From Pelagomonas calceolata (lineage: Eukaryota): a stretch of 28,574 nt of DNA. The notes beneath the pieces are model-generated. The model had not been told where the DNA came from, did not search any database, and saw nothing but the letters and a program-made list of their open reading frames with translations. Made by a program: the position numbers and the translations under genes. Positions 1 through 10,542 of this stretch are shown here, piece by piece (position 1 is the stretch's first letter; the number at the start of each line of letters is the position of its first letter). The stretch covers positions 62,001 to 90,574 of the forward strand of contig CAKKNE010000007.1 of the NCBI GenBank assembly GCA_918797485.1. Direction: 5' to 3'.

Positions 1-95
1 AAATCAAAGAATTGATTTTGAAATCTTGCATATTGAAAAAAGAAAACAGCTAATATACAATATGACGGTGTAATACTATATAAATATAACTATCA

Positions 96-398
96 ATGGC
101 GAAAAAAAGTATGGTCGAACGTGAAAAAAAACGTCAACGACTTATATTAAAGTATCGTGAAAAGCGTCGAAATTTATTAAATGCAATCAAAACAAGCGAC
201 TCTTTCTCAGAAACATTACAATTACAAAAAAAATTACAAAAACTTCCATTAAACAGTGCACCAAATCGATTACGAAACCGATGCTGGAAAACTGGGCGAC
301 CACGAGCAGTTTATCGTGACTTTGGTTTATCAAGACATGTTTTACGTGAAATGGCACATGATGGCCTTTTACCTGGCGTGATTAAATCAAGTTGGTAA
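96..398 (+). CDS. rps14: 30S ribosomal protein S14
   Basis: [10 protein letters not shown] start and [11 protein letters not shown]...GLSRH...[10 protein letters not shown]14 motifs. Confidence 0.97.
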   Translation: MAKKSMVEREKKRQRLILKYREKRRNLLNAIKTSDSFSETLQLQKKLQKLPLNSAPNRLRNRCWKTGRPRAVYRDFGLSRHVLREMAHDGLLPGVIKSSW

Positions 399-426
399 CA
401 AAGAGAGAATAAAAACACTCTCTTTG
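399..426. terminator. Stem-loop between convergent rps14 and petG
   Basis: CAAAGAGAG (399-407) / CTCTCTTTG (418-426), 9-bp perfect stem starting right after the rps14 stop. Confidence 0.7.
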
Positions 427-433
427 CACATTT

Positions 434-553
434 TTAAATTAAAGATTGAGTATCTTGACCACGACGATATTGTAAATATGCTGCAACAAATAAACCAGCA
501 AGACTTACAGCCATCATACCCATAACGATACCAAATAAAAGTGGTTCAACCAT
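434..553 (-). CDS. petG: Cytochrome b6f subunit V (PetG), 39 aa
   Basis: Hand translation [39 protein letters not shown]; typical MVEPLL.GIV and AYLQYRRG motifs; not in ORF track. Confidence 0.95.
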   Translation of the reverse strand: MVEPLLFGIVMGMMAVSLAGLFVAAYLQYRRGQDTQSLI

Positions 554-661
554 AATATATATTAAGATTAATCGTAGCTATAAAATTAATTATAATCTCA
601 AAAACCCGCGACATCAATAATTAATTGGTCTCGTGATCATTTAAAGTTTCTAGAAAAACGT

Positions 662-728
662 ATAAAAAATAATTATTATACATATAAGTTATGGGGTGGG
701 TTGCGAAAATCTTTTCCAATGTTATAAT
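662..728 (+). promoter_or_regulatory. Putative rbcL promoter with upstream LysR (RbcR/CbbR)-type boxes
   Basis: ATAA-N7-TTAT (662-676), ATAC-N7-TTAT (678-692), -35 TTGCGA (701-706), extended -10 TGnTATAAT (720-728). Confidence 0.55.
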
Positions 729-835
729 AAATTTAAGGTTATAGAAATAACAAGTTTATATACTTTTGTTATTTTAATAATTGTTAAAGCTTCTTTTAGA
801 ATTTAGAAAGAAAATAATATTGCCGTAAACCTTAT

Positions 836-841
836 AGGAGG
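836..841 (+). promoter_or_regulatory. Shine-Dalgarno of rbcL
   Basis: AGGAGG 7 nt before ATG at 849. Confidence 0.8.
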
Positions 842-848
842 AATATAA

Positions 849-2373
<1,525 letters not shown>

Positions 2374-2401
2374 AAAATTTAATATTAAGGAGTATTGAAA
2401 A

Positions 2402-2821
2402 GTGAGAATTACACAAGGAGCTTTTTCGTTTTTACCAGATTTAACTGATGAGCAAATCACTAAGCAAGTAGAGTACGCTATGTCTAAGGGTTGGGCTATC
2501 AACATCGAATGGACTGATGATCCACACCCTCGTAACACATACTGGGACATGTGGGGTTTACCTTTATTTGATTGTAAAGATTCTAGTGCAGTAATGTACG
2601 AATTAAACGAGTGTCGTAAATTAAACCCAGAAGGTTACATCAAGGTTCAAGCTTTTGACGCTACTATTGGTACTGAGAGTTGTGTTTTATCTTTCATCGT
2701 TAACCGTCCAGCTAGCGAGCCAGGTTTCTTCTTAGCACGTACTGAAGGTCCAGGTCGTATCCAACGCTACGCTATCAGTTCTTACTCAGTAAACGCTAAG
2801 CCATCAGGTTGTCGTTACTAA
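2402..2821 (+). CDS. rbcS: RuBisCO small subunit (red type), GTG start
   Basis: MRITQGAFSFLPDLTDEQI, YWDMWGLPLF; SD AAGGAG at 2387-2392. Confidence 0.99.
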   Translation: MRITQGAFSFLPDLTDEQITKQVEYAMSKGWAINIEWTDDPHPRNTYWDMWGLPLFDCKDSSAVMYELNECRKLNPEGYIKVQAFDATIGTESCVLSFIVNRPASEPGFFLARTEGPGRIQRYAISSYSVNAKPSGCRY

Positions 2822-2852
2822 TAAAACAATATATTAGAAATAATATATAAAT

Positions 2853-2877
2853 AAGCACCGAATTTATTTCGGTGCTT
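2853..2877. terminator. Stem-loop after rbcS
   Basis: AAGCACCGAA-TTTAT-TTCGGTGCTT, 10-bp stem. Confidence 0.75.
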
Positions 2878-2965
2878 TAAAAAAATTAATTCACGTAATA
2901 AAACGTGCTATTATATTTTTTCGAGAGTCCAAGCTATTTATTTATAATCTTAAAATCAACAAATA

Positions 2966-3841
2966 ATGACAACAACATTAGTAAATCTAAAAGATGAATA
3001 CAACAATACTGAAATTCAAAGTATTTTGGATATCTTAGATGCAGAACTTATTGGATTAAAACCCGTTAAAACTCGTATTCGTGAAATTTCAGCATTATTA
3101 TTAATTGATCGTTTACGTCAAAAATTAGGTCTAACTGGAAGTCATCCAGGATTACATATGTCATTTACAGGTAGTCCAGGTACTGGAAAAACAACTGTAG
3201 CATTAAAAATGGCTGACATTTTATACAAATTAGACTACAGTCGTAAGGGACATTTAATGACTGTTACTCGTGATGACTTAGTAGGTCAATATATTGGTCA
3301 CACAGCACCTAAAACAAAAGAGATTTTGAAAAAAGCCATGGGTGGAGTACTTTTCATCGATGAGGCGTACTATCTTTACAAGCCGGATAACGAGCGAGAT
3401 TATGGATCAGAAGCGATTGAAATTTTATTACAAGTAATGGAAAATCAACGTGACGACCTTGTTATTATTTTTGCTGGTTACAAAGATCGTATGGATAAAT
3501 TCTACGAGTCGAACCCTGGTTTAGCATCACGTATCACAAACCACGTACATTTCCCAGATTATGAACCAGATGAGTTACGTCAAATTGGTGTGAACATGAT
3601 TGAAGAACAACAATATATGTTAACACCTGAAGCTGAAGATGCTTTAATGGAATATATTAAAGTGCGAATGGAAAAGCCATTATTCGCAAATGCTCGAAGT
3701 GTAAGAAATGCTTTAGACCGTGCACGTATGCGTCAAGCTAATAGAATTTTTGAAACAAGTTCTGATCTTTTAACTAAGAGTGATTTAGTAACAATTCAAG
3801 CAGAAGACTTATTACAAAGTCGTGTATTCTTGACTGATTAA
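2966..3841 (+). CDS. cbbX: Red-type RuBisCO activase CbbX (CfxQ), AAA+ ATPase
   Basis: Walker A GSPGTGKT, Walker [20 protein letters not shown]; directly downstream of rbcS. Confidence 0.97.
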   Translation: MTTTLVNLKDEYNNTEIQSILDILDAELIGLKPVKTRIREISALLLIDRLRQKLGLTGSHPGLHMSFTGSPGTGKTTVALKMADILYKLDYSRKGHLMTVTRDDLVGQYIGHTAPKTKEILKKAMGGVLFIDEAYYLYKPDNERDYGSEAIEILLQVMENQRDDLVIIFAGYKDRMDKFYESNPGLASRITNHVHFPDYEPDELRQIGVNMIEEQQYMLTPEAEDALMEYIKVRMEKPLFANARSVRNALDRARMRQANRIFETSSDLLTKSDLVTIQAEDLLQSRVFLTD

Positions 3842-3849
3842 TTAAAAAA

Positions 3850-3877
3850 GCACCAGCTGTATAATTTTAGTTGGTGC
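3850..3877. terminator. Stem-loop after cbbX
   Basis: GCACCAGCTG / TAGTTGGTGC stem with G-U pairs. Confidence 0.65.
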
Positions 3878-3900
3878 AAAAAATATTAAAACTATTTTAA

Positions 3901-4866
3901 ATGTCCTTATTAATTATTGGTGCAACAGGCACCTTAGGTAGGCAAATAGTTCGTCAAGCAGTAAATGACGGCTATAAGGTACGCTGTCTAGTGCGTAATA
4001 TCCGAAAAGCTAATTTTTTAAGAGAATGGGGTGCAGAATTAGTTTATGGAGATTTAAGTTCTCCAGAAACATTACCCGATGCGTTTAAGGGGATAACCGC
4101 TGTTGTTGATGCGTCAACTGGTAGACCGACAGATGAGTTAAATGTAAAGGATATTGATTGGGATGGTAAGATTGCGTTATTACAAGCAGCAAAAGTTGCA
4201 AATGTAAAACGATTCATATTTTTTTCAATACTAAATGCAGATAAATATTCATATATCCCATTAATGCGATTGAAATCAAAATTTGAATATATTTTACAAA
4301 ATTCTGGTGTCCCTTATACCATTTTTAAATTATCGGGGTTTTATCAAGGTTTAATCGGGCAATATGCTTTACCTATTCTAGAACAACAACCAATTTATGT
4401 AACAAAAGAAAGTATGCCAGTTTCGTATATGGATACTAGTGATGTTGCAAAATTCTGTATAAAAGCTCTCGAACTATCAAATACTAAAAATTCAACATTT
4501 GCCCTAGGTTCTCCAACTGCATTTTTATCAACTGAAATTATTAAAAAATGTGAAGAATTATCAGGACAAACCGCAAAGACAAATCAATTATCAATTATTG
4601 GCGTTAAGGTAACACGAAAACTTGCTAATTTTTTCGAATGGAGTTGGAATATTGCGGATCGTTTAGCATTTATTGAAGTCTTTTCAGGAAAAGAAGATTT
4701 CTCAGTAAATTATTCAATTTTACAAGAAAATTTTAAAATTGAAGCGACTGAACTTTTAACACTTGAAAGTTACTTAACTGAGTATTTCGATCAAATTTTG
4801 ACGAAATTGAAAGACTTAAATTATAATCAATCACAAACTGTTAAACGAAGAGATTTGACTTTTTAA
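3901..4866 (+). CDS. ycf39: Ycf39, atypical short-chain dehydrogenase, PSII assembly factor
   Basis: MSLLIIGATGTLGRQIVR Rossmann motif, FLREWGAELVYGDL. Confidence 0.95.
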   Translation: MSLLIIGATGTLGRQIVRQAVNDGYKVRCLVRNIRKANFLREWGAELVYGDLSSPETLPDAFKGITAVVDASTGRPTDELNVKDIDWDGKIALLQAAKVANVKRFIFFSILNADKYSYIPLMRLKSKFEYILQNSGVPYTIFKLSGFYQGLIGQYALPILEQQPIYVTKESMPVSYMDTSDVAKFCIKALELSNTKNSTFALGSPTAFLSTEIIKKCEELSGQTAKTNQLSIIGVKVTRKLANFFEWSWNIADRLAFIEVFSGKEDFSVNYSILQENFKIEATELLTLESYLTEYFDQILTKLKDLNYNQSQTVKRRDLTF

Positions 4867-4956
4867 TTACGACTTTGCATAGAATAAAAATGTCTTTTTA
4901 AGTTACAATGTGTATAGAAAATAAATTTATTCTAGCTATTAAATAATAAACAAACC

Positions 4957-5073
4957 ATGGTTCTTTTAAAAATTGTAGTGTACACGTGTGTTATCTTCTT
5001 TGTGTCTTTATTTACTTTTGGTTTATTATCTAATGACCCATCACGTAACCCAAATCGTCGCGATTTATCATAA
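4957..5073 (+). CDS. psbI: Photosystem II protein I, 38 aa
   Basis: Hand translation [38 protein letters not shown]; not in ORF track. Confidence 0.96.
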   Translation: MVLLKIVVYTCVIFFVSLFTFGLLSNDPSRNPNRRDLS

Positions 5074-5077
5074 AACA

Positions 5078-5108
5078 AAAAAGAGCATATATTTTTTATG
5101 CTCTTTTT
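5078..5108 (+). terminator. Stem-loop after psbI
   Basis: AAAAAGAGCATA / TATGCTCTTTTT, 12-bp stem. Confidence 0.7.
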
Positions 5109-5161
5109 ATGAAAAAATGTAGACGTTTAAATAAAATTACGGTATCATTAAAGAAGTATAG

Positions 5162-5233
5162 GGGTGATTAACTCAGCGGTAGAGTGCCTGCCTTACAAGC
5201 AGGAGGTCACTGGTTCAAATCCAGTATTACCCA
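5162..5233 (+). tRNA. trnV: tRNA-Val(UAC)
   Basis: Cloverleaf: GGGTGAT/ATTACCC acceptor, anticodon loop CTTACAA, GGTTCAAATCC T arm. Confidence 0.95.
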
Positions 5234-5283
5234 TAGGAATGTAAATCTAAATTTATAAAAATATATAATAGAATTTAAATATG

Positions 5284-5327
5284 ACTAAAATCACGAAGCA
5301 TTGTTATTAATGCTTCGTGATTTTAGT
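5284..5327. repeat. 19-bp perfect inverted repeat between trnV and trnR
   Basis: ACTAAAATCACGAAGCATT-GTTATT-AATGCTTCGTGATTTTAGT. Confidence 0.9.
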
Positions 5328-5389
5328 AAACTAAAACTTGTTTGTATTTTAAAACCTTAGTAAGATGCTTATATAAATCTTAAACTTTC

Positions 5390-5462
5390 GGGCTTATCGT
5401 CTAATGGATTAGGACAGAAACCTTCTAAGTTTCTAATGTAGGTTCGAATCCTACTAAGCCCA
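5390..5462 (+). tRNA. trnR: tRNA-Arg(UCU)
   Basis: GGGCTTA/TAAGCCC acceptor, anticodon loop CTTCTAA, GGTTCGAATCC. Confidence 0.95.
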
Positions 5463-6518
5463 TTAAATTTCAAAAATTTCATTAAAGATTTTACGTACTT
5501 TCGCACCAGAATCAATTGATTCTAAAGGATCCTTTCTTAAACGGTGACGTAGACATAAAACGATAATATTACTAATATCATCAACTGTTACAACTGTTCG
5601 ACCATCTAAAGCAGCATAGGCTTTTGCAGCTCTGTTCACTACAATATCCCCACGTAGACCATCAACATCTAGTTCACTACAAATTTGTGAAATTTTTAAA
5701 CGGAAATCATAATCCATTTCAACTGATGGTAATAAATCTTGTGCACTAACTAATTGTGTACGTAAAGCATTCTGCTCTTCTTGATATTTATCAACCCAAA
5801 TTTGTGGTTCTTGATCAAATGCTGTTCTTTCTTCTACAATACGAACACGTAAATCAGGGTTTTTAACTGTTCGAATTTCAGCATGCATTCCAAATCGGTC
5901 TAAAAGTTGCGGACGTAACTCACCCTCTTCGGGGTTTCCTGAACCAACTAAAACAAACCTTGCTGGATGACGAACAGAAATACCTTCACGTTCAACTGTA
6001 TTCCATCCAGAAGCAGCCGAATCTAATAAGATATCAACTAAATGATCATCTAAAAGATTAACCTCATCAACGTATAAAATTCCTCTATTAGCTTTTGCCA
6101 ATAAGCCAGGCTCAAAAGCTTTTACACCTTCTGTTAACGCCTTTTCGATGTCAATCGTACCACATACACGATCTTCAGTTGCTCCTAATGGTAAATCAAC
6201 CATTGGAATTTTAATTAGTTCAGTTTCTATAGTCCCGTTATTTTGAAATTGTGTTAGAATTTCTGAACTCATTAATTCAGGATTAGTGGGGTGTGAATTA
6301 AAAGCATCGTCACGTACGATCGCGATTTCTGGTAATAAATCCGCGATAGCACGAATTGTTGTTGATTTACCAGTACCACGATCACCCATGATAATAACTC
6401 CACCAATTTTTGGATCAATTACATTTAGCTCCAGGGCTAGTTTCATTTCTTCTTGACCAACAATTGCTGTAAAAGGAAAAATTGGTAAAGAAGTCTTTTC
6501 TACATTTTGCGTCGCCAT
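5463..6518 (-). CDS. chlI: Magnesium chelatase subunit I
   Basis: [13 protein letters not shown], Walker [30 protein letters not shown]. Confidence 0.98.
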   Translation of the reverse strand: MATQNVEKTSLPIFPFTAIVGQEEMKLALELNVIDPKIGGVIIMGDRGTGKSTTIRAIADLLPEIAIVRDDAFNSHPTNPELMSSEILTQFQNNGTIETELIKIPMVDLPLGATEDRVCGTIDIEKALTEGVKAFEPGLLAKANRGILYVDEVNLLDDHLVDILLDSAASGWNTVEREGISVRHPARFVLVGSGNPEEGELRPQLLDRFGMHAEIRTVKNPDLRVRIVEERTAFDQEPQIWVDKYQEEQNALRTQLVSAQDLLPSVEMDYDFRLKISQICSELDVDGLRGDIVVNRAAKAYAALDGRTVVTVDDISNIIVLCLRHRLRKDPLESIDSGAKVRKIFNEIFEI

Positions 6519-6544
6519 TTTTGTTCGTGTAAATATTTATTTAA

Positions 6545-6637
6545 TTATTGATAAAGTGTTGCAGCCAATCTTATTGCTAAAATTGATGTTACTAAAGCAG
6601 AAAATAAAGCCAAGAAAACCTGGTTATCTGTTAACAT
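6545..6637 (-). CDS. psaM: Photosystem I subunit XII, 30 aa
   Basis: Hand translation MLTDNQVFLALFSALVTSILAIRLAATLYQ; usual position upstream of chlI. Confidence 0.93.
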   Translation of the reverse strand: MLTDNQVFLALFSALVTSILAIRLAATLYQ

Positions 6638-6755
6638 AGTGAAACTTATAAAATTTAATTTATTTTCCTGTATAATATAAATTGTACTATATATCTAACA
6701 GAATTTACTATTTATATAATATGAAGTAAGAAAAAATATAATATATAATAAAGAA

Positions 6756-6829
6756 GGTGAATGACGGGATTTGAACCCGCGAATGCTGGAACCACAACCC
6801 AGTGCCGTAACCACTTGGCGACATCCACC
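6756..6829 (-). tRNA. trnH: tRNA-His(GUG), encoded G-1
   Basis: Reverse complement G-GTGGATG...TTGTGGT...GGTTCAAATCC...CATTCAC-C. Confidence 0.95.
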
Positions 6830-6892
6830 TTTAGTTAGATTATACCCTAAATATATGTAGTTTGGAAGTAGTACACACTAAAAAATTAAGTT

Positions 6893-7117
6893 ATGAAGAC
6901 AAATTTTACAATTAAAGTTTTTATAAATGGTAAAAAGTATGAATTAAAACTAAAAAAACACATAACTCTTCAACATGTTATCAAATTGTTGTATGGAAAA
7001 AACAAAAGTATCGTACTAGACTATAACAAAAAAATTATACAAAAAAATATGTGGGATAATATTTATATTCAATCAAATGACAAAATTGAAATACTTACAA
7101 TTGTTGGAGGTGGTTAA
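6893..7117 (+). CDS. thiS: Thiamine biosynthesis sulfur carrier ThiS (Ycf40)
   Basis: 74 aa; INGK start region and C-terminal DKIEILTIVGGG di-glycine motif. Confidence 0.9.
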   Translation: MKTNFTIKVFINGKKYELKLKKHITLQHVIKLLYGKNKSIVLDYNKKIIQKNMWDNIYIQSNDKIEILTIVGGG

Positions 7118-7118
7118 A

Positions 7119-7190
7119 AGCGGGTAACGTGATTCGAACACGCGGCATCGACCTTGGCAAGGTCGCGCTCTACCACTGAGCTATACCCGC
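7119..7190 (-). tRNA. trnG: tRNA-Gly(GCC)
   Basis: Reverse complement GCGGGTA...CTTGCCAAG...GTTCGAATC...TACCCGCT. Confidence 0.95.
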
Positions 7191-7199
7191 TTGGTTTAT

Positions 7200-7249
7200 A
7201 TACTAACAAAAAGAACGAAACTTGACAAGAAGTTTACGTCAAATAAAAT
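7200..7249. promoter_or_regulatory. Putative overlapping divergent promoters (trnG and ORF 7293)
   Basis: + strand TTGACA(7222-7227)-N16-TAAAAT(7244-7249); - strand TTGTCA(7228-7223)-N17-TAGTAT(7205-7200). Confidence 0.5.
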
Positions 7250-7292
7250 CAGAATATTATTTCTTTTAATAACAAAACTTAATTAAGATCTT

Positions 7293-8093
7293 ATGACCGA
7301 TTTTTTAGATTCAAATTTAACAAATAAAGGAATAAAAGAAACAATAAAATTGGCCTTTATCAATTTTCAAAATTATTTGATCTTATTCCTATTGGAATTT
7401 GTTACAAATTTCGATGGTTTTATAGCCGTTTTATATACTTTAGGTGTAACTATTGGAATAAAAGCCATGATAATGCTGGGGTGCTTTTTTGGCTTAGATC
7501 AAATTGATACGTTTTTACGAAAACTAACAGGATCTGCACCAAAAGACCTTTATAGTGTAACGTGGGTTGATCGGGGCTTCGCTTTTTTAGCGTCAGCTTG
7601 GACAATGGGAGAATTATTCACATACAATCCCTTTATCGTACGCCAATATGCCCTATTGCAATATATAGATCAAAACTTCTTGCGTGGAGTTTCATACTTT
7701 ATTAATTTACACCCATTGAATAGTACGATATTTAGTTTTTTTGTATTTAGGGAAGTAATTCGACGACGTGGGCCTGATACGAAATGGTTTGGCGAAACTA
7801 AAAAGTTTTGGATAAAAAATATTGTGCGTTATCACTGGTGTTTTGCATTTTGTTTGAATGCAATTATCCAAACTTACATGTATGGTGTATACAAATTCCT
7901 TATTCCACAAGGACTTCCAATGGCTCAACAAGAAAGTATGGCAATTGTTTCCTTCAGTATTGCAGCATTAATAATTTCTTATTCTGGAATTTGTGCACTT
8001 TTAGGTTTACGATGCCAGTTACCCTTATTCCATGGAGCTTGCACAATTCATGTTGGAAAACTAAAAAATGAAGAAGATGAATCAATGTTCTAA
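7293..8093 (+). CDS. ycf60: Multi-pass membrane protein, probably divergent Tic20-family (Ycf60)
   Basis: 266 aa, several hydrophobic helices; C-terminal half IVRYHWCFAFCLN...YSGICALLG...LPLFHGAC resembles the Tic20/Ycf60 pattern; family call is by eye. Confidence 0.6.
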   Translation: MTDFLDSNLTNKGIKETIKLAFINFQNYLILFLLEFVTNFDGFIAVLYTLGVTIGIKAMIMLGCFFGLDQIDTFLRKLTGSAPKDLYSVTWVDRGFAFLASAWTMGELFTYNPFIVRQYALLQYIDQNFLRGVSYFINLHPLNSTIFSFFVFREVIRRRGPDTKWFGETKKFWIKNIVRYHWCFAFCLNAIIQTYMYGVYKFLIPQGLPMAQQESMAIVSFSIAALIISYSGICALLGLRCQLPLFHGACTIHVGKLKNEEDESMF

Positions 8094-8205
8094 TATAAAT
8101 AAATTTTCAAATTATGCAAATCGTAACTAGAAATTGACGAAATTTTCGAATATTGATTAAATATAAGTACTATATGTAGATAAATAATAATAATATTCAA
8201 AAAAT

Positions 8206-8820
8206 ATGTCACGCTATCGGGGACCGAAGATTAGAATCGTGCGTAGATTAGGAGAGCTGCCGGGTTTAACCAATAAAACGACAACTCGCGAAACATTACC
8301 AGGTCAGCATCGAAAAGTGCGTGGTAAGCAAAATAATGTTTCTAGTTATGCTGTACGATTACAAGAAAAACAAAAATTGCGTTATCATTATGGTTTAAGC
8401 GAAAAGCAACTTTTAAGTTATGTAAAAGAAGCACGACGTTTAAAAGGATCAACTGGATCTGTTTTATTGCAATTACTTGAAATGCGACTAGATAATATCG
8501 TTTATCGTCTAGGTATTGGGAATACAATTCCAGCGAGTCGTCAAATTGTTAATCATGGGCATATTTACGTTAATGGTAAAAAAGTCACGATTCCAAGTTT
8601 CCAATGTCTACCAAATGATGTCATTGAAGTAAGAGATAAAAAGGTTTCAAAAGAATTAGCGAACCAATTCTTAGAAAAATTAGGTTATAATACGCTTCCT
8701 GAATATTTAGAGTTCGAAAAAGAAACTTTAAAAGGGAAAGTAAAACGTATTGCTGAAAATACTGAAACTAATCTTAAAATTAATGAACTTTTAGTCGTTG
8801 AGTATTACTCAAGACGATAA
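8206..8820 (+). CDS. rps4: 30S ribosomal protein S4
   Basis: MSRYRGPK, LQEKQKLRYHYG, LEMRLDNIVYRLG, VVEYYSR. Confidence 0.98.
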   Translation: MSRYRGPKIRIVRRLGELPGLTNKTTTRETLPGQHRKVRGKQNNVSSYAVRLQEKQKLRYHYGLSEKQLLSYVKEARRLKGSTGSVLLQLLEMRLDNIVYRLGIGNTIPASRQIVNHGHIYVNGKKVTIPSFQCLPNDVIEVRDKKVSKELANQFLEKLGYNTLPEYLEFEKETLKGKVKRIAENTETNLKINELLVVEYYSRR

Positions 8821-8896
8821 ACCAATATACATATATCTCATAAGAGTTTGACAATACTTTTTGTCATATGGTTTCTAAAATCCGTTAAGAATGTAT

Positions 8897-8968
8897 CTGA
8901 GGCGGGAGGATTTGAACCTACGAATGGCGGAGTCAAAGTCCGCTGCCTTACCGCTTGGCGACGCCCCA
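8897..8968 (-). tRNA. trnQ: tRNA-Gln(UUG)
   Basis: Reverse complement TGGGGCG...CTTTGAC...GGTTCAAATCC...CGCCTCAG. Confidence 0.95.
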
Positions 8969-9033
8969 TTTTTAATAAATTATATGGAAATTGAATATAA
9001 ATGTCAATCTTCGAATCAATATAATACGAGTAT

Positions 9034-9107
9034 TGGGCAAGAAGGGATTCGAACCCCTGACACCGTGGTTCGTAGCCACGTGCTCTAGTCCACTGAGCTA
9101 CAAGCCC
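9034..9107 (-). tRNA. trnR: tRNA-Arg(ACG)
   Basis: Reverse complement GGGCTTGTAGCTCAG...CGTGG CTACGAA CCACG...GGTTCGAATCC. Confidence 0.95.
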
Positions 9108-9227
9108 GTATATAGAATATATATATAACATAGTTTTGCTCGCTCGTAAAGTATTTAGATTAGAAAGTCATTTTTTTTGACTTAAGGATTTACTTTATAT
9201 GCTTATTAAAATATATTATTAGATAAA

Positions 9228-9300
9228 GCGTCCTTAGTTCAGTTGGTAGAACGTAGGTTTCCAAAACCTAATGTCGAGGGTTCAAGTCCTTCAGGACGCG
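9228..9300 (+). tRNA. trnW: tRNA-Trp(CCA)
   Basis: GCGTCCT/AGGACGC acceptor, anticodon loop TTCCAAA. Confidence 0.95.
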
Positions 9301-9383
9301 TTTAGATCAAATTCGCAAACTGCGACTTTAACGCAACATTTATTTAAAAGTACACACAAGAAAATTAAAAAAATTAATTACCA

Positions 9384-9809
9384 ATGGCAAAGAAAATTGT
9401 AGCAATTATTAAATTAGCTTTACCAGCAGGCAAAGCAACACCAGCCCCTCCAGTTGGTCCTGCATTAGGTCAACATGGTTTAAATATTATGAATTTTTGC
9501 AAAGAGTATAACGCAAGAACAGCCGATAAAGGCGATTTAATTATTCCTGTTGAAATTTCAGCATTTGAAGATAGAAGTTTTTCGTTTATTTTAAAAACTC
9601 CACCAGCATCTGTATTGTTAGCAAAAGCAGCAAATGTTCAAAAAGGATCGGGAGAACCCAATACTCAAAAAGTTGGATCTATAACAACAGCGCAATTAGA
9701 AGAAATTGCAAAAACTAAATTACCGGATTTAAATGCCAAAAAACTTTCGAGTGCAATGAAAATTGTCGAAGGAACAGCTAGAAATATGGGAATAACAATT
9801 ACAACATAA
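9384..9809 (+). CDS. rpl11: 50S ribosomal protein L11
   Basis: [32 protein letters not shown]. Confidence 0.98.
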   Translation: MAKKIVAIIKLALPAGKATPAPPVGPALGQHGLNIMNFCKEYNARTADKGDLIIPVEISAFEDRSFSFILKTPPASVLLAKAANVQKGSGEPNTQKVGSITTAQLEEIAKTKLPDLNAKKLSSAMKIVEGTARNMGITITT

Positions 9810-9818
9810 TAAAAAAAT

Positions 9819-10514
9819 ATGCCAACAATTTCAAAACGCACAAAACAAGCAAGAAATTTAATTATAAAACCTTCTTACTCTCTAGAAGAGGGTGTGAAAA
9901 TTTTAAAACAAACGGCGACAACAAAATTTGTTGAAAGCGCAGAAGCACATTTTAATTTAAATCTTGATACAAAATATAGTGATCAACAATTACGTACAAC
10001 AATTAGCCTACCTCGAGGAACCGGGAAGGACATTAAAATTTCAATATTGACCTCAGATACGTCAAATACTGATACGCTTATGCAAAATGGTGCAGCAGTA
10101 GTTGGTTCAGATGATTTAATTGAAGATATTTCAAAAGGAAATCTAGACTTTGATTTATTGTTAACGACACCAGACATGATGCCACGTTTAACAAAATTAG
10201 GAAAAGTTTTGGGACCTAGAGGACTTATGCCATCAACAAAAGCCGGGACTGTTACAACAGATCTTATAGCGTCTTTAGCGGAATTTAAAGCTGGAAAAGT
10301 TGAGTGTCGAGCTGATAAAACCGGTGTTGCACATATATTATTTGGAAAAATGGATTTTACTGAAGAAGCACTTCATGAAAATTTACGCTCAGTATATGAA
10401 TCAATTCAAACAAACAAACCTAGTGGAGTAAAAGGCAAGTACTTAAAAACATTTAAAATTTGCACGACTATGGGACCATCAATAAACATTGATATCAGTA
10501 ACTTAGACTCGTAA
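9819..10514 (+). CDS. rpl1: 50S ribosomal protein L1
   Basis: KFVES, DQQLR, LPRGTGK, LGPRGLMP, TTMGP. Confidence 0.97.
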   Translation: MPTISKRTKQARNLIIKPSYSLEEGVKILKQTATTKFVESAEAHFNLNLDTKYSDQQLRTTISLPRGTGKDIKISILTSDTSNTDTLMQNGAAVVGSDDLIEDISKGNLDFDLLLTTPDMMPRLTKLGKVLGPRGLMPSTKAGTVTTDLIASLAEFKAGKVECRADKTGVAHILFGKMDFTEEALHENLRSVYESIQTNKPSGVKGKYLKTFKICTTMGPSINIDISNLDS

Positions 10515-10534
10515 GAGAGCAATGCTCTCTTACG
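10510..10534. terminator. Stem-loop between convergent rpl1 and petD
   Basis: CGTAAGAGAGC-AAT-GCTCTCTTACG, 11-bp stem overlapping the rpl1 stop. Confidence 0.75.
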
Positions 10535-10542
10535 GATATCAA

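Noticed and set aside
7707..8071. 74-aa (-) and 87-aa (+) ORFs inside the ycf60-like gene
   Set aside because: Alternative-frame or antisense ORFs nested in a longer gene; the Cys richness is a frame artefact of T-rich codons
8342..8527. 61-aa minus-strand ORF
   Set aside because: Antisense to rps4
9034..9107. Two U-U mismatches in the trnR(ACG) acceptor stem, suggesting a pseudogene or editing
   Set aside because: Mismatches at these positions are a usual feature of plastid trnR-ACG
8838..9131. 97-aa (-) and 65-aa (+) ORFs
   Set aside because: They run through trnQ and trnR(ACG) and are translated tRNA sequence
9983..10177. 64-aa minus-strand ORF
   Set aside because: Antisense to rpl1
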